64,000 bases of DNA from Azolla caroliniana (taxonomy: Eukaryota > Plantae > Polypodiophyta). A program made the position numbers and the translations under genes. The notes below the pieces were generated by a model. That model saw nothing but the letters and a program-made list of their open reading frames with translations. It did no database searches and was not told the origin of the DNA. The stretch spans positions 16,802,001 to 16,866,000 of the forward strand of contig JBHGNT010000009.1 of assembly GCA_043228905.1 (NCBI GenBank), read 5' to 3'. Position 1 is the first letter of the stretch, and each line of letters begins with the position of its first letter. Of the stretch, positions 25,701-38,133 are shown piece by piece.

Positions 25701-27292
25701 CAATAACTCTATCGTCGTCTCTATGGAGTTTGCCCTAGGTCATATTTATACTAATAGGACTTTCGGGCTATTTACAAATATAGCCCCAGTGGGCTCTCTG
25801 GAACATATTTACATATATGTCCCTTCCATCCGATTGAGAGGTTCTCACCGGGCCTGCAACATCCGGTTCTCACCGGGTCTTCCTTGTCGGGTACTCGTCA
25901 TCCGGTTCTCACCGGGTCTTCCTTGCCGGGTACTCGTCATCTGGTTCCCACCGGGTCTGCATCATCCGGTTCTCACCAGGTCTTTCGATGTTAGGCATTC
26001 GTATCCCATCCGAAGGAACCGAGATCCTAACAATAATAGATAGTTAGCTATTGGCAATAGCTATTTAGCTATTACTAGTGGCTAGTTAGCTATGGTCATA
26101 TTTTGATGCTAATTAGGAACGGTTGTAGCGAACTAGCTATTACCAGTAGCTTGTAGGAGACACAATTAGCTAAACCTATTATGTAGTTAAGTAGGAAACA
26201 TAGCTATCTAGACCTAATGTTGCTAACTAGCTATGCCCCTACCAAATGTAGCAAATTAGCTATGGCCAATACCGTATGTCGCTAATTAGTTATGCCTGAT
26301 CCCTGATGTAGTTAATTACCTAGTGATTGTAATCTCAATAGTGTATAGACTTATGACAATAATCTCAAAAATCAAAACAAAAGTTGAGATAAAGGTAAAA
26401 ACTTCAGTTACATCAAGAAGATGAATGGGATGCTCCTCGTATTGACTCCTTCCAACACATTTCCTACATAAATCCTTCTTATTGGGTGAAACCCTACTCT
26501 CATTAGTCCAAAATATGGTGATTATATCCTTGATTTCTGATGTTATCGGTGTCACTAGCTTACATCTTGTTGTTAGCTTTAGTAGACTAGTTCCTTAACC
26601 ACTTGAAATAATCTGGTTCATTGTATTGTAGACACTTTTTCTACTAACACCGATTACCTTAGATAGCACACCAAAGTTAAGATCGTCAACATCATTATTA
26701 AGTAACATCATTAGACTAGACCTTTTTAAGACAATATCATCTTCTGACTTGCTCATGGATACGAAACTATTACGGAGATTATTTACTAGTAAAGATGTTA
26801 TGTTTGCATTAAGACCATCACAATCAACTAACTCCTTTATCCATGGATCATTTAATATTCCATAAAGCATGACCTTCTTGTGCGTCATTACGGAGATTAT
26901 TTACTAGTAAAGATGTTATGTTTGCATTAAGACCATCACAATCAACTAACTCCTTTATCGATGGATCATTTAATATTCCATAAAGCACTACCTTCTTGTG
27001 CGTCATTGCTGATGTGCTTGGTCTGAACATTGAAATAGTCTACAACCTTTCTTTCTATGATAGTAGTCTCATTACTCCATTCTCAATGGTATTTAGACCT
27101 ACATCGCAACCAATACTATCCTTACCTTTAGTAAATGTGTCTTTCTTTTCCTTCAACTTTTGACGATGTTTCCTTTTTTTCTGCCCAATACTTTCATATT
27201 GTTTGTTGTGTACTGATAGCGTCATCCCTATCCTGGTGATCCATGAGGGTTGTTCGTAAACACCCTCATTCCCCTTCCATTTGGCTTGACAT
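19780..27292 (-). pseudogene. Sola2-like DDD transposase, spliced and decayed
   Basis: Motifs CCCIYH, VDFAENY, EIQSMHW, ISDDKKHD, FDGATSQFK and GHGKGEHDG. Intron 26402-20976 joins LLDVTE|VDLFIRF in frame. There is a 118-bp internal duplication at 26769-27008. The superfamily call is from remembered motifs. Confidence 0.75.
21262..26032 (-). mobile_element. Ty1/copia element (same family as 1-5996) with 5' LTR but no 3' LTR
   Basis: 5' LTR at 25378-26032 (TGTTAGGA...TCA), PBS TGGTATTCGAGC at 25363-25374 and gag ATG at 25346. CCHC knuckle, DSGAS protease, integrase, RT and RNase H follow, with stops and frameshifts. PPT at 21265-21274. Confidence 0.95.
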
Positions 27293-27469
27293 ATTCATTA
27301 GTAAATTGAAACAAAAAATAGACACGTAGCTAGTTACTAAACCACGTGCAAACCGGTTATTGACAGACAAAGATTATACACAAGATTATACACAACAATA
27401 CACAAGATAATCAACAGATGAAGATGTAGATGCAACAACTACCAGTCATACCAAACAGTTATTGCAATC

Positions 27470-28005
27470 CAGGATAGAACACTGGCAGCAACTGAGAGTA
27501 CAATGGTGACAATGGAGGAGTGAATAGTATCAACAATCCAGGACCAAACAGTGGCGGTAACTGAGTGTAGAATGGCGGCAATGGAGGAGTGAACTCCATC
27601 GGATCGAACAATGGCAACAATCTAGGACCAAACAGTGGCGGCAACTGAGTGTAGAATGGCGGCAATGGAGGAGTGAACTCCATCGGATCGAACAATGGCA
27701 GCAATCTAGGACCAAACAGTGGCGGCAACTAAGAGTACAATGGCGACAATGGAGGACTGAACTCCGTCGGAGCGAACAATGGCAGCAATCTAGGACTGAA
27801 CAATGGCGGCAATGCAAGAGTAAACTCCGTCGAATAGAACAGTGGCAGCAATCCAAGACCAAACAATGGTGTCAATTGAGTGTAGAATGGCGGCAATGGA
27901 GGAGTGAACTTCGTTGGATCGAATAGTGGCAACAATCCAAGACCGAACAATGGCGGCAATTGAGTGTAGAATGGTGGCAATGGAGGAGTGAACAATGGCA
28001 GTAAT
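27470..28005. repeat. 84-bp tandem repeat built from AATGGCGGCA sub-units
   Basis: The unit recurs at 27563 and 27647, with degenerate copies on both sides. The minus strand reads as FTPPLPPFYTQLPPLFG repeats. Confidence 0.9.
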
Positions 28006-28249
28006 CTAAGCCTGAATAGTCACAAACTGATGGCCAACGTGATGTGGCAATGGATCATGCATAATGGACCTAGGAATTTGGTATATAATTTATGGTGCAC
28101 ATTTATGGTGCTCATTTATATAATTAAACATTCTAATGTTTTCATTCATGGTGCAAAAAAGACTAGTTATCACTGGTAGCTTTTTGCATAGCTAATTAGA
28201 TATGTAAAGGACGTAACTAATTGTTTCCACTCCCATGCTTTCCCCCTCA

Positions 28250-28520
28250 TACATGATGTCGGAGGAAAGGTTTCATTGTAATCTATACCTTTTGTTGACC
28301 ATAGCCTTTGCCACAATTGGTGCTTTGTATTGGTCAATTGTACCATTTGCATGTTTCTTAACTTGAAAAACCTATTTAGTACCAATCATCTCTTTTTCTT
28401 TAGGCAACTCTACTGGATTCCATGTTTCATAGCAGAAACAATCATATATATTGATATATCATCATCATACATACCTTGCTCATGAATTCAATTTCCTAAT
28501 TCTTGTTGTTATTTTTTACA
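28250..28520 (-). mobile_element. old copia RT remnant
   Basis: Fragments resembling VELPKEK..IGTK and KGIDYNETF. Confidence 0.6.
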
Positions 28521-29159
28521 CGCGTCACTTTTGATCCCATATGGACTCATGTTTTTATTACCCGTATAGGTGTATGGGAGAGTTAAGGTGTAATGTGTAA
28601 GGTGTAATGTGTAAGTGTAACTACCCCCATTTGGCATTTTGTACTGTCTTGATCTTGTATTATATAAACCCCCACCCATGGGCATGAAAAGGAGGAAATA
28701 ATAGTGAGTTACCCCTCAACTTGTCTCTATCTCGATTTTTCCTCTCATTCTCTATGTGTCTCTCTCCCTCTCTCCTCACACATTCAAACCCCCCTTGAGA
28801 AGAAGTCTCTCTCTCTTTGTGTTTGTCTGTACAGATACACTCACTCTCCCTCTCCATCACTAATCTCTCTCTCCCTCCCTCTCTGCGTGTCTGTGTCTTT
28901 GTGTTAGAGAGTGGTGTGTGTGTGGACTCTCTATGTGAGAGCCAATCTCCGATGGCAATGGAGATTTCTCCTACTTCTATTTCTAATGTATCCAAGGCCT
29001 AATGGAAAGGGCATTTCAACCCCCTCCCCCTTTCCTCACTCTCTTTGCCAAAAACTCTAACCACCCTAGATTTCGCCTCTACGTCTAAGTGTTTGTCTAT
29101 GTTTGTATGTGTGTGTCTTCAGCCTTCTTCTCTTCGTACTGTGGATCTCCAAGTTAAAC

Positions 29160-29345
29160 ATGGAGGCTTTCAGAAATCTGTTAGACACATTCATGGGAGT
29201 GAATCGCAATGGAGACGTGGAAGTCATGAAGAGGAAGTATTGTGATCTTTTCCAACTCACGAAAATGGATTTAGGAGCATGTTCAAAGATTTATTCCTTA
29301 CAACTATGAAAAGAATATGAGGAAGCAAAAGAGAAAGGGAACAAA
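29160..29345 (+). pseudogene. LUC7: LUC7 (U1 snRNP) N-terminal gene fragment
   Basis: MEAFRNLLDTFMGVNRNGDV..RKY..DLFQLTKMDLGACSKIYSLQL*KEYEEAK resembles the N-terminus of plant LUC7A/B. It has an internal deletion in zinc finger 1 and a stop codon. Confidence 0.85.
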
Positions 29346-29833
29346 ATAGAAACGTAATCCGAGCGTCAGCCGGGCAAGTGTTGGCTGAGAGATGGCTTGG
29401 AAAGCAGTCGACCAGACAGTCTAGCACCCTTCGGATGAAGACGACCGACGTCCGACAATCGGCTGATAGACAGGTGAAAGTGAAGGCCAAGAGCAGAGAG
29501 TCGGCCAGGAGACAATCAAAAGTGAAGGCCAAGAGCCAAGAGTCAGCCGAGAGACACGCGAAATGTAAAGGCCAAGAACCGAGAGTGATGGCCGAGAGCC
29601 GAGAGTCGGCCAAGCGTTGAGTGTCGCCTGAAAGACAGCCGAGAGCGATGGTCGAGAGGCAACCGAGACATGGTTGAGCGTCGATCGAGAGACGTTCGAG
29701 ACGCAACCGAGAGACGGCTAAGAGATAGTGTGCCGAGTGCTAGCCGAGGGACAACTGCGAGATGGCCGAGTGACGGACAAGAGTGTTGCCAAGACGCCAC
29801 CGAGAGATGGTCGAGCAACGCCTAAGGGACAAC

Positions 29834-32800
29834 TGATCGGAAACTTAATAGCACTAAATCACTTATGTGAGACAAAGATTATGTTGTGCAAGATTATTCA
29901 AAGAGAACTACAAAAAGATACACAACAAATATTGTGCACAATACACCACAAATTTTAACGTGGAAAACCCGCGAAGAGGTAAAAACCACGGGACCTAGTC
30001 CAGAAATAAGCAAGGAATATGTAACTTGTTTACTCTAAACAAATTAGAGTACTATGAGAAAGAGAGGAATATGATATTTCCTCAACAACTTGTTTACCCA
30101 ACAAAAAAAGACACAAAAATCAACCACCAAAACTCAAAGCATATGGTTGATGACAGAGGTGGAAATGTTCGAATGACGGAGTTTATTGGTGTACTCGAGA
30201 GCATTGAAGGAATGGGCCAAGAAAGAGAGTATGAGCTCTCTAAAATCTGTTTTTCCTCTACTACAAAGAAATGTTTGTTTTCCCCATTTTAACTCACTCT
30301 CAAAAAGTGAGTATAGATATGTAATGTCATCTTGTGTGACCCCTTTTCACACTATATTTAAAAAATACAAGTTTTGGGCATCCAAGGCCCATTTACATAC
30401 TAAGAATGTGGACAAAGAACCTAACAATCTCCCCCTCTGGCCACATAGGAGAAGATTCCATTGAACCACTTAGTTTGTGTTCATTCCAACAAACTTGACA
30501 CATAACTCAAGCTTTTCTTTAGAGACTACGTTCGTCAACATGTCAACAACATTTTCATCTATGTGAATTTTCTTGAGTTGTAGAAGTTGATCTTCAATTG
30601 CTGAGCACAACCAATGATACCTTACATCAATATTTTTCGTACAAGAATGGTACATCAAGTTCTTGCTCAAATCTATTGCACTTTGGCTGTCACAGAAGAT
30701 CACATAAGTTAGTTGACTTAAACCCAAATCTGAAACAAACCTTTTCAACCACAGCATCTCTTTGGCAGCTTCAATGGTTGCAATATATTCTGCTTCTATT
30801 GTAAACAAAGCAACACACTTTTGCAACTTAGATTGCAATGATATGGCTCCCCCTGTAAATGTAAACAGGTAAGCCGAAGTAGATTTTCTCCCATCAAGAT
30901 CCCCTACCATATTTGAATCTGAAAAACCTTCAAGAGTTTGTTTAGAATCTCCGAAACATAAACATAATTTTGATGTACCTCTTAAATATTGAAAGATCCA
31001 TTTTACGGCATCCTAATGAGACTTACCTGGATTAGAGAGATATATACTTACAACATGAATGGCATGGGCAATATCTAGCCTTGTGCTTACCATAGCATAC
31101 ATCAACGAGCCAATCACTTAAGAGTAAGGAATTGAAGACATCTCTTCTTTCTCTTGCTTGGTATGTGGACAATCTTTTCTACATAATTTAAAATGGCTAG
31201 CAAGGGGGGTACTTACCAATTTTGCATTATGCATATTAAACCTCTTTAATACTCGTTCTATGTATTTTTCTTGAGAAAGCCACAACTTTCCACATTCCCT
31301 AGTGCAAGCAATATTCATGCCAAAAATATGTTTAGCTTGGCCTAGATCTTTCATGTCAAAGACCTTACATAGATCCACCTTTAACTTGTGGATATTGTCC
31401 ATATCTTGTCCTACAATTAGCATATCATCGACATAAAATAAGAGAATTATAAAATTACCTTCAAAAAAATGCCTAACATACACACAAAGATGTCCATTAG
31501 TCTAGGTGTAGTTTTGACTTACCATAGATGAATCAAACCTTCTATACCATTGTTGTGGTGCTTGTTTTAAGCCGTAAACGTTTGCTTAGCTTGCATACCA
31601 TATGCTCCTTTCCTTTCTCTTTGAAGCCCTCCGGTTGTTCCATGTAGATATCTTCTTTCAAGTCTCCATGCAAGAAAGAAGTCTTTACATCAAGCTGCTC
31701 AATCCCAAGATTTAAAGTGGCTGCCAAACCTAAAACAACTCGAATATTTCATCAAAATCAATACCTTTCTTTTGGCCGAAACCTTTTACAACTAAACGAG
31801 CCTTATGTTTTACAAGGTTACCATCACCTTGTTTTAACTTAAATACCCTTTTATTTTTCAAAAAAAATCTTCCCTTAGGAAGTTCTACTAAATCAAAGGT
31901 ATTATTTTTCTTTAATGAATTCATTTTGTCGTGCATGGCTTTTATCCAATCATCCTTATCTTTATGGTTTAAAACATCATAATAACTTTTAGGCTCCCCC
32001 TCATCAAAGATCAAGACATAATCTGAACTAGGATACCTTATAGATGGTTTTCGTTCTCTGGTAAACCTTCTCGGTTGTTGATTGACAACCTCTTGTAAGG
32101 AAGTTTGCTACCCCCGCTCAAGGCCTCTCTGTGGTAAAATATCATCATGATTAGCTTCAACCCTATTATTTATAATACCTGGTTCATCAACATCTTCATG
32201 GTCTTCGCCTTGTTGGGAAGCATCTCCATATGTGGCATCTTTAGTCGTAGGAATCGGGCCAAAACCAATAAGACCACCATCTATTTGAGTGTTGGATCCT
32301 TTGACCTTTTCAACATCTTCGATAGTTTGATGCTCAACAGATACCACATCACGACTTCGAATAAGCTTCCTTTCTATTGGTTCATAACATCTATAACCAA
32401 ACTCATCTTGGCTATACCCAATAAAAATACATTCTTTCGATTTAACAACTAACTTAGACCATTCATCTTTAGGTATATGTACAAAATATTTACACCCAAA
32501 CACACGTAAATGATCATATGAAACATACCAAACTCTATTAGGAACATCACCCTGCAATGCAACAGTAGGAGATAGGTTAATAACATATGCAATGGTACTC
32601 AAAGCCTCACCCCAAAAGGATTTGGATAACTTCGCATCCGAGAGCAAGCATCGAACTCTTTCAACTAGAGTTCTATTCATCCTTCCCGCCAAGCCATTTA
32701 GTTGTGGGGTTTTTGGTGGTGTCTTTTGATGCTTAATCCCATGCTCTCAACAATATGCATCGAAAGATCCATGATATTCCCCACCAATGTTGGTGCGAAT

Positions 32801-33021
32801 ACATTTCAGCTTCTTTCCTATCTCTCTTTCTACAGAAGCATGAAATTATTTGATAACATTAAATACTTGGACCTTAGTTTTCAATGTTCGAACCCAAAGT
32901 TTTCTAGAATAATCATCAATAAAAGTAACAAAATAGAGTGTACCACCTATTGACTTTACCTTTAAAGGACCACAAACATCTGAATGTACCAACTCAAGTA
33001 CCTCTTCCTTTCTTGAAGAAG
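29834..33021 (-). mobile_element. Ty1/copia element (second family), integrase to 3' LTR, 5'-truncated
   Basis: VHSDVCGP integrase, RT and RNase H ORF fragments. PPT AGAGGGGGAGA, then an LTR from TGTTAGG (30426) to about CCGATCA (29834). Confidence 0.9.
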
Positions 33022-34360
33022 AATGTGTATGCATCAAATGTTTCACAAGAACGAAAGTTGTTATGGAGATTTCTAATCTCAGTGCTTGATAATGGTAGAC
33101 CAGTTTTATTGATGGGGGATTTTAATGTTTGTTGTGAGACAGATCAATCAACATCTATCGACTCTATTATGGATGGACCAAAGGCTCAAGAATAGAGAGA
33201 TTTTGAGACTAATGTCATGTTAAGGGATGTATGGAACCTGGTTAACGGAGAGATTTTGAGACTGATCAACGGAGATGAACCTGGTTATACCTTTCAATCG
33301 GCTCAATATAAGGATACTTGGAGTAGGTTGGATCAAAAGTATGTAATGCATACTGAAGGATTTTAACCAGAGATTTTGGATATTTCAATGTCTTATGGGT
33401 CAATTATATCAGATCATTTTGCATTAATTTTTTAATTCACTCACCACTCAATTAGAGCTTTTCATGAGTTTTTAGGAAAACCGTCATTGATTTTTAATTC
33501 ATCATTTTTGGATCATGAGGTTTTCCATGCCTATATGTGTCAATTGATCAATGATACATTTGCCTATCGTGTTCAATTTGAAGGTATGAAGCATGGGAAG
33601 TATTTGTTGCAAATGTTCAAAGGTTAACTAGGTATTATGGAATTCACCATACTTTTAAAAGGAGAAAGAAATTAAGTCTCCTAGTTTATTTTCTTGATAA
33701 ATGAAACTCATTGTTAACTTATTGGCCAATGGATGTAGAGTTGATGGGATATCAAGAGGTATTAATTTATGCGATGCATGATCTTACAACAAAAAATTAT
33801 CACCATGCTAGACTACATCATCTAAGACAACAAGTGGAGGATGCTAATGGTCAATCACATAAGTTTTTCCTGACCTTCATGAATCACATGCACAACATAA
33901 TGTGGTAAGGTTAGAGGAAAATGGTATCATGTGTTCCAATCCTCAAGAAATTGTGAAGAAATGCATAGAATATTATACACAATTGTTGGAACACGTTCGC
34001 ATTCACGAGTGGAAGGATCGCGCTTAAATGGAAGGATAAGGAATATTTTGTTTGATTTTAGTACCTTTTTAGTGATAATACAAGACACATTGATACCAGT
34101 ATCATACATTCTGAAATATATTATGAAAAAGGTTAAAAATCCACCATTTTCGTGATTTACCAATAAATTAAAAAAGTGAAATTTCAAAAAGTTACATTCT
34201 CAATTTATATCACAAACTTTACAACCAATGTTTTTTTTTATAAGAAACGATATTCATAGGAATCAAAAGAATTCAAAACACATGCTTTTATATTACTCGA
34301 TTTGTTACAAGCGGAAGGTAGTACCACTTAATAGCCAAAGATACATTCATGATCACTCCT

Positions 34361-37006
34361 TTACAGACAATCACTACTATAACTACTATACAATGAGGAT
34401 TCCTCCACGTCATCCTCGGATGTACCAATCAATGCATTATCTTCATCATAAACCAAATGGTGTGACTCTAGATTATGTGCAGCAAATCTCGTTTGCCTTC
34501 GACTTGAGCCACCTTGTAGACTTGGTAATTTTTCTTTTATTATGTCTATTGTTGACTTCCTTAAACATCCAGCTTTTGTAAGCATGAAGTCATACACGAT
34601 GATATACACATCAGAGATATCAAGGGTCGAGGTGTTATGAATGTTTCGCTTCCTCTTCCTACTCCTTGTCGTCAAGCATCCAATCATCTCCCCTGTATAC
34701 TTACCCGTAAAAGCATTTTCACTTCTAGTGTTTTACCAATGCACATTTATAGACTTGATCGTGTTTTCTATTTCAGTGGCCTTGTGAGTTGCCATCAGCA
34801 AGTGTTGCAATCAACATCGCCACCACGAGCTCTTGCAAATTGCCTTGCCATCTAGCTTCAACTGCTTTGGTCATCCTTGGTCCCACATAAATGTCTCTTT
34901 GTTGTGGATGAACCAAATTGACATTAATCGCATTAGTTGGTTGCTCTGGAGTTTTATTTACACGATCATGTGAATGACATTTACAAAGTCCAATTATCAC
35001 CAGATACACAATTGTCAATAATTCCTTTCTGATCACTAAAAAAACATCCCACTAGGACGTGTCTTGTTGTGCAGCATATTTCTTTGCGGCCTCAATATGC
35101 TTCCTTTTTTCTGTTAAGGCTTGGGGCCATAAGTGTTTTGTTCTTCTACCAAGTCACTATGCAACTATCCTTTCTTCTCAATTGGCATTTGTTTAGCTCC
35201 ATAGACTATTGTACTCAGCATACAAAGTAAGAACAGGCAACCGCCTTCAGGTTCCCATTTTGTAGAAGATAAATATTGCTTGGCATACAAAAGCGTAGAA
35301 CCACTTATTTCATTTTTCTTTATCATAAAAATGTGATTAAACCTTATATTGTTTAATTGGGCGAGCACTTTAACATTCCCAACACCCCCATCTGATATAT
35401 ATCTCTTAAAGTCATATATATCCTTCAAATGTAACACTTTTGGGCGTGGTGTGTAGGCATCACAAATGACATCAAATTGTTTAGGTAATGTGAAAGCATC
35501 ATGCTGAGACAATTGTCTAGAGAATGTGCTAAACATCTTATCTATATGATCATGTGTGTGGCCAACCAAAAGAAATTTGACTTTCACTTTTCTAAACAAT
35601 CCTTGGTTGACCAACATACTTAGATAGCCAAAGACACTTGAATTTTTGTTCTCTCTAGTAGTATTGTCCAATTGAATGTAGAGAACAAGGGGGAACGGTT
35701 GGCCCCAAGACATCAAAACTCAGTGAATCATTGTAACTGTTAGGTTAGAGTCATTGTGAACATTGGGGTATGAATGAAGACGTGAGGTCCAACTGACCTA
35801 TTATAAGCCAAACATCCCACCAAGTGCATTTGAACAAGGCACTCATCATTGATGTCTTTGGGGAGCCTCCGCATATGTGGTAAGCACGTCTTCTTCTGGT
35901 CCATGCCATCGATCATTACGCACATGTATTGTTCGGGCCTCTTCAAACATTTCTCTCTATGATGCATCGCCTTCTTTTGTTCTAACGATTGTGCCTCACA
36001 ATGCTCCTATAGTAACTTCTTATTCATATCCTTTTCCATTGTTGTCTTCGCACCTTTAGCCAAACTTTTAAGGTTCGCATAAATCGGGCAATACCCCATG
36101 TGTACTTTACGCGGAATAATAGCATTTGAAAACAATGTTCTCCACAATCTTGAGAATTGGTTGTATGTGACATATTTATTACTTGATAATAGCATTTCTG
36201 ATCCATAGACATCATAAACTTCCCGACATGTGTAATTATCAGAGAGGTGCATCTTGCCTGTAGTGGGCATTACTTCACAATTTAATTGAAAGTAAATTTT
36301 CATCTAACCAATAGCATGTCTTCCAATTGCACCTTTCATACTTGGAACCTCTTTACAATTGACAGTCTGATCCCCACTAAGAAGACTTTGTTATACTCTA
36401 TGTAGTCGCATGTTACTAACACATAGCACGATTTTGAATGCAACTCTACATATTTGTTGCACAAGGAAGATATAATAGTCGAATGATACTTTGATCCCCG
36501 AAAACTTGTCAGACACCAATTGCATATGTGAAACAAGGTAAGTGTCTTGCTCATCAGCCGTCATCGAAAAATAGTAACGCCTTAATTCTCACAACTTTGC
36601 TTTTCCAATCATTGACATACAGCCACGAGCACAACATGTTTTGTTGACATCAAATCCAAGTTGCTTATCTAATGTCACCAAGTTAAATCTGGCCAAAAGA
36701 ATTCTACATGAGATTCTTCTAATATGCATAAGGCTTCCCGATTTCTTTTCTTGAGTAGAAATAGGGGTAACCATATTAGAGTCAATTACATTGTTGTTAG
36801 GTTGACCGCCCATGATCTTCGATGTTTCATTGGCATTACCTTCATTGCTTGTATTTTTATTGACATCGTATTCTTCGATAGAGAACTCTTCACATGAGTC
36901 GTAATTCACATGAGGTATAGGAGAAGAAACAATATTCTTTGATAGAAAATGATGTATCTGTCGACAGACAATACTCTTCAACCAAAAACGGTGAGTTTTC
37001 ACTCAT
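34361..37006 (-). pseudogene. Sola1-like (DUF7869-type) DDD transposase, frameshifted
   Basis: Motifs IDGMDQKK..LP, LYIQLDNTTRENKN and FLLVGHTHDHIDKMFS, preceded by F..LW..F...IP. Confidence 0.82.
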
Positions 37007-37079
37007 GACTTAAGATCCAAACAAAGCTCTCAAAATTATGTGTTTAAGCTAATATAAGAGATTGAAACAAATGGTAACT

Positions 37080-37560
37080 GCCTCTATATACATAAGCTCC
37101 CTCAATCTAATATCTATATTATTTATTATTATATAAAATAAACAAATAATACAATAAAGAAAGATATTGTTATTATATAAAATATATTTTATTAATTATA
37201 TTAATAAATCTATACACTTGTCATTATAATGGACATAAAATTTATTTTATACCTTATTAATCATATAGTCTATATTTAAAATTAAATTTACTATATACAA
37301 ATAATATATTATTACAAATAGTTCAATAATGAATATCACAATAATTTAAAAGTGACATTCCCCACGTGTAAGTTAACTTGCTATTCTCATAATGTGTATT
37401 AAATAAAATATATATAGTCTTTATATACATATAGTATATATTCACAATCATTAGAGAGTCATAAATATGTTTGTTTCCAGTCTTCAATCATTGGTTTATT
37501 CATGAATATCATAATCATTTGGAAGTGCTAATCCCCTATAAATGGGAGGACCTTGTCATT
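37080..37560. promoter_or_regulatory. AT-rich putative bidirectional promoter between the transposase and ParB-MTase genes
   Basis: CCTATAAAT at about 37534 (+) and TATATAGAGG at about 37081-37090 (-), each upstream of one of the two divergent ATGs. Confidence 0.5.
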
Positions 37561-37790
37561 TATGGGATCTCACATGCGCAATCGATCACACAGAGCACTC
37601 AGAGCCCAAGAGCACACAGAACATCACCAACGCAAGAGCACACAACCATCTCCCTGTCACCAACAAGCATGAAAATCATGTCTTCAAAGAAGATTGAGCA
37701 TACGGACTCCATGTAGGCAACTAACTGTATGGACACTTCATTGTTTTGTATCTTTTCCGGCCATGTCCAAACATACATAGGTCTTGATTC

Positions 37791-38133
37791 AAACAGGAAC
37801 TCGATTTGGCGTATCGAGTTCCTGTTTAAAAGCTTCTATTTTAAACAGGAACTCAAAATGCCATATCGAGTTCTTGTTTAAAACCCTCTCCTTACACACA
37901 AACTCGATACGGCGTATCGAGTTTGTGTTTACAGTAGAGCTTTAAACACAAACTCGATACGCCATATCGAGCTTGTGTTCAAAAGGTTTAATTTAAACAC
38001 AAACTCGATACACTGTATCGAGTTTGTGTTCAACAGGTCTACTTTAAACACAAACTCGATACGCCGTATCGAGCTTGTGTTTAAAAGGTCTACTTTAAAC
38101 CCAAACTCGATATGGTGTATCGAGCTTATGTGT
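37791..38133. repeat. seven 37-bp palindromes with a 50-52 bp period
   Basis: Consensus AAACACAAACTCGATAC-NNN-GTATCGAGTTTGTGTTT. Copies start at 37791, 37843, 37894, 37944, 37995, 38046 and 38097. Confidence 0.96.

Noticed and set aside
14700-28170. TIR pair for the Sola2-like element (TTTTGCACC at ~14717 / GGTGCAAAA at ~28150)
   Set aside because: Only a short imperfect match and no convincing TSD, so the boundaries are left undefined.
37791-38133. CRISPR array (37-bp palindromic repeats)
   Set aside because: The spacers are only about 14 bp and resemble each other. There are no cas genes, and the context is a eukaryotic intron.
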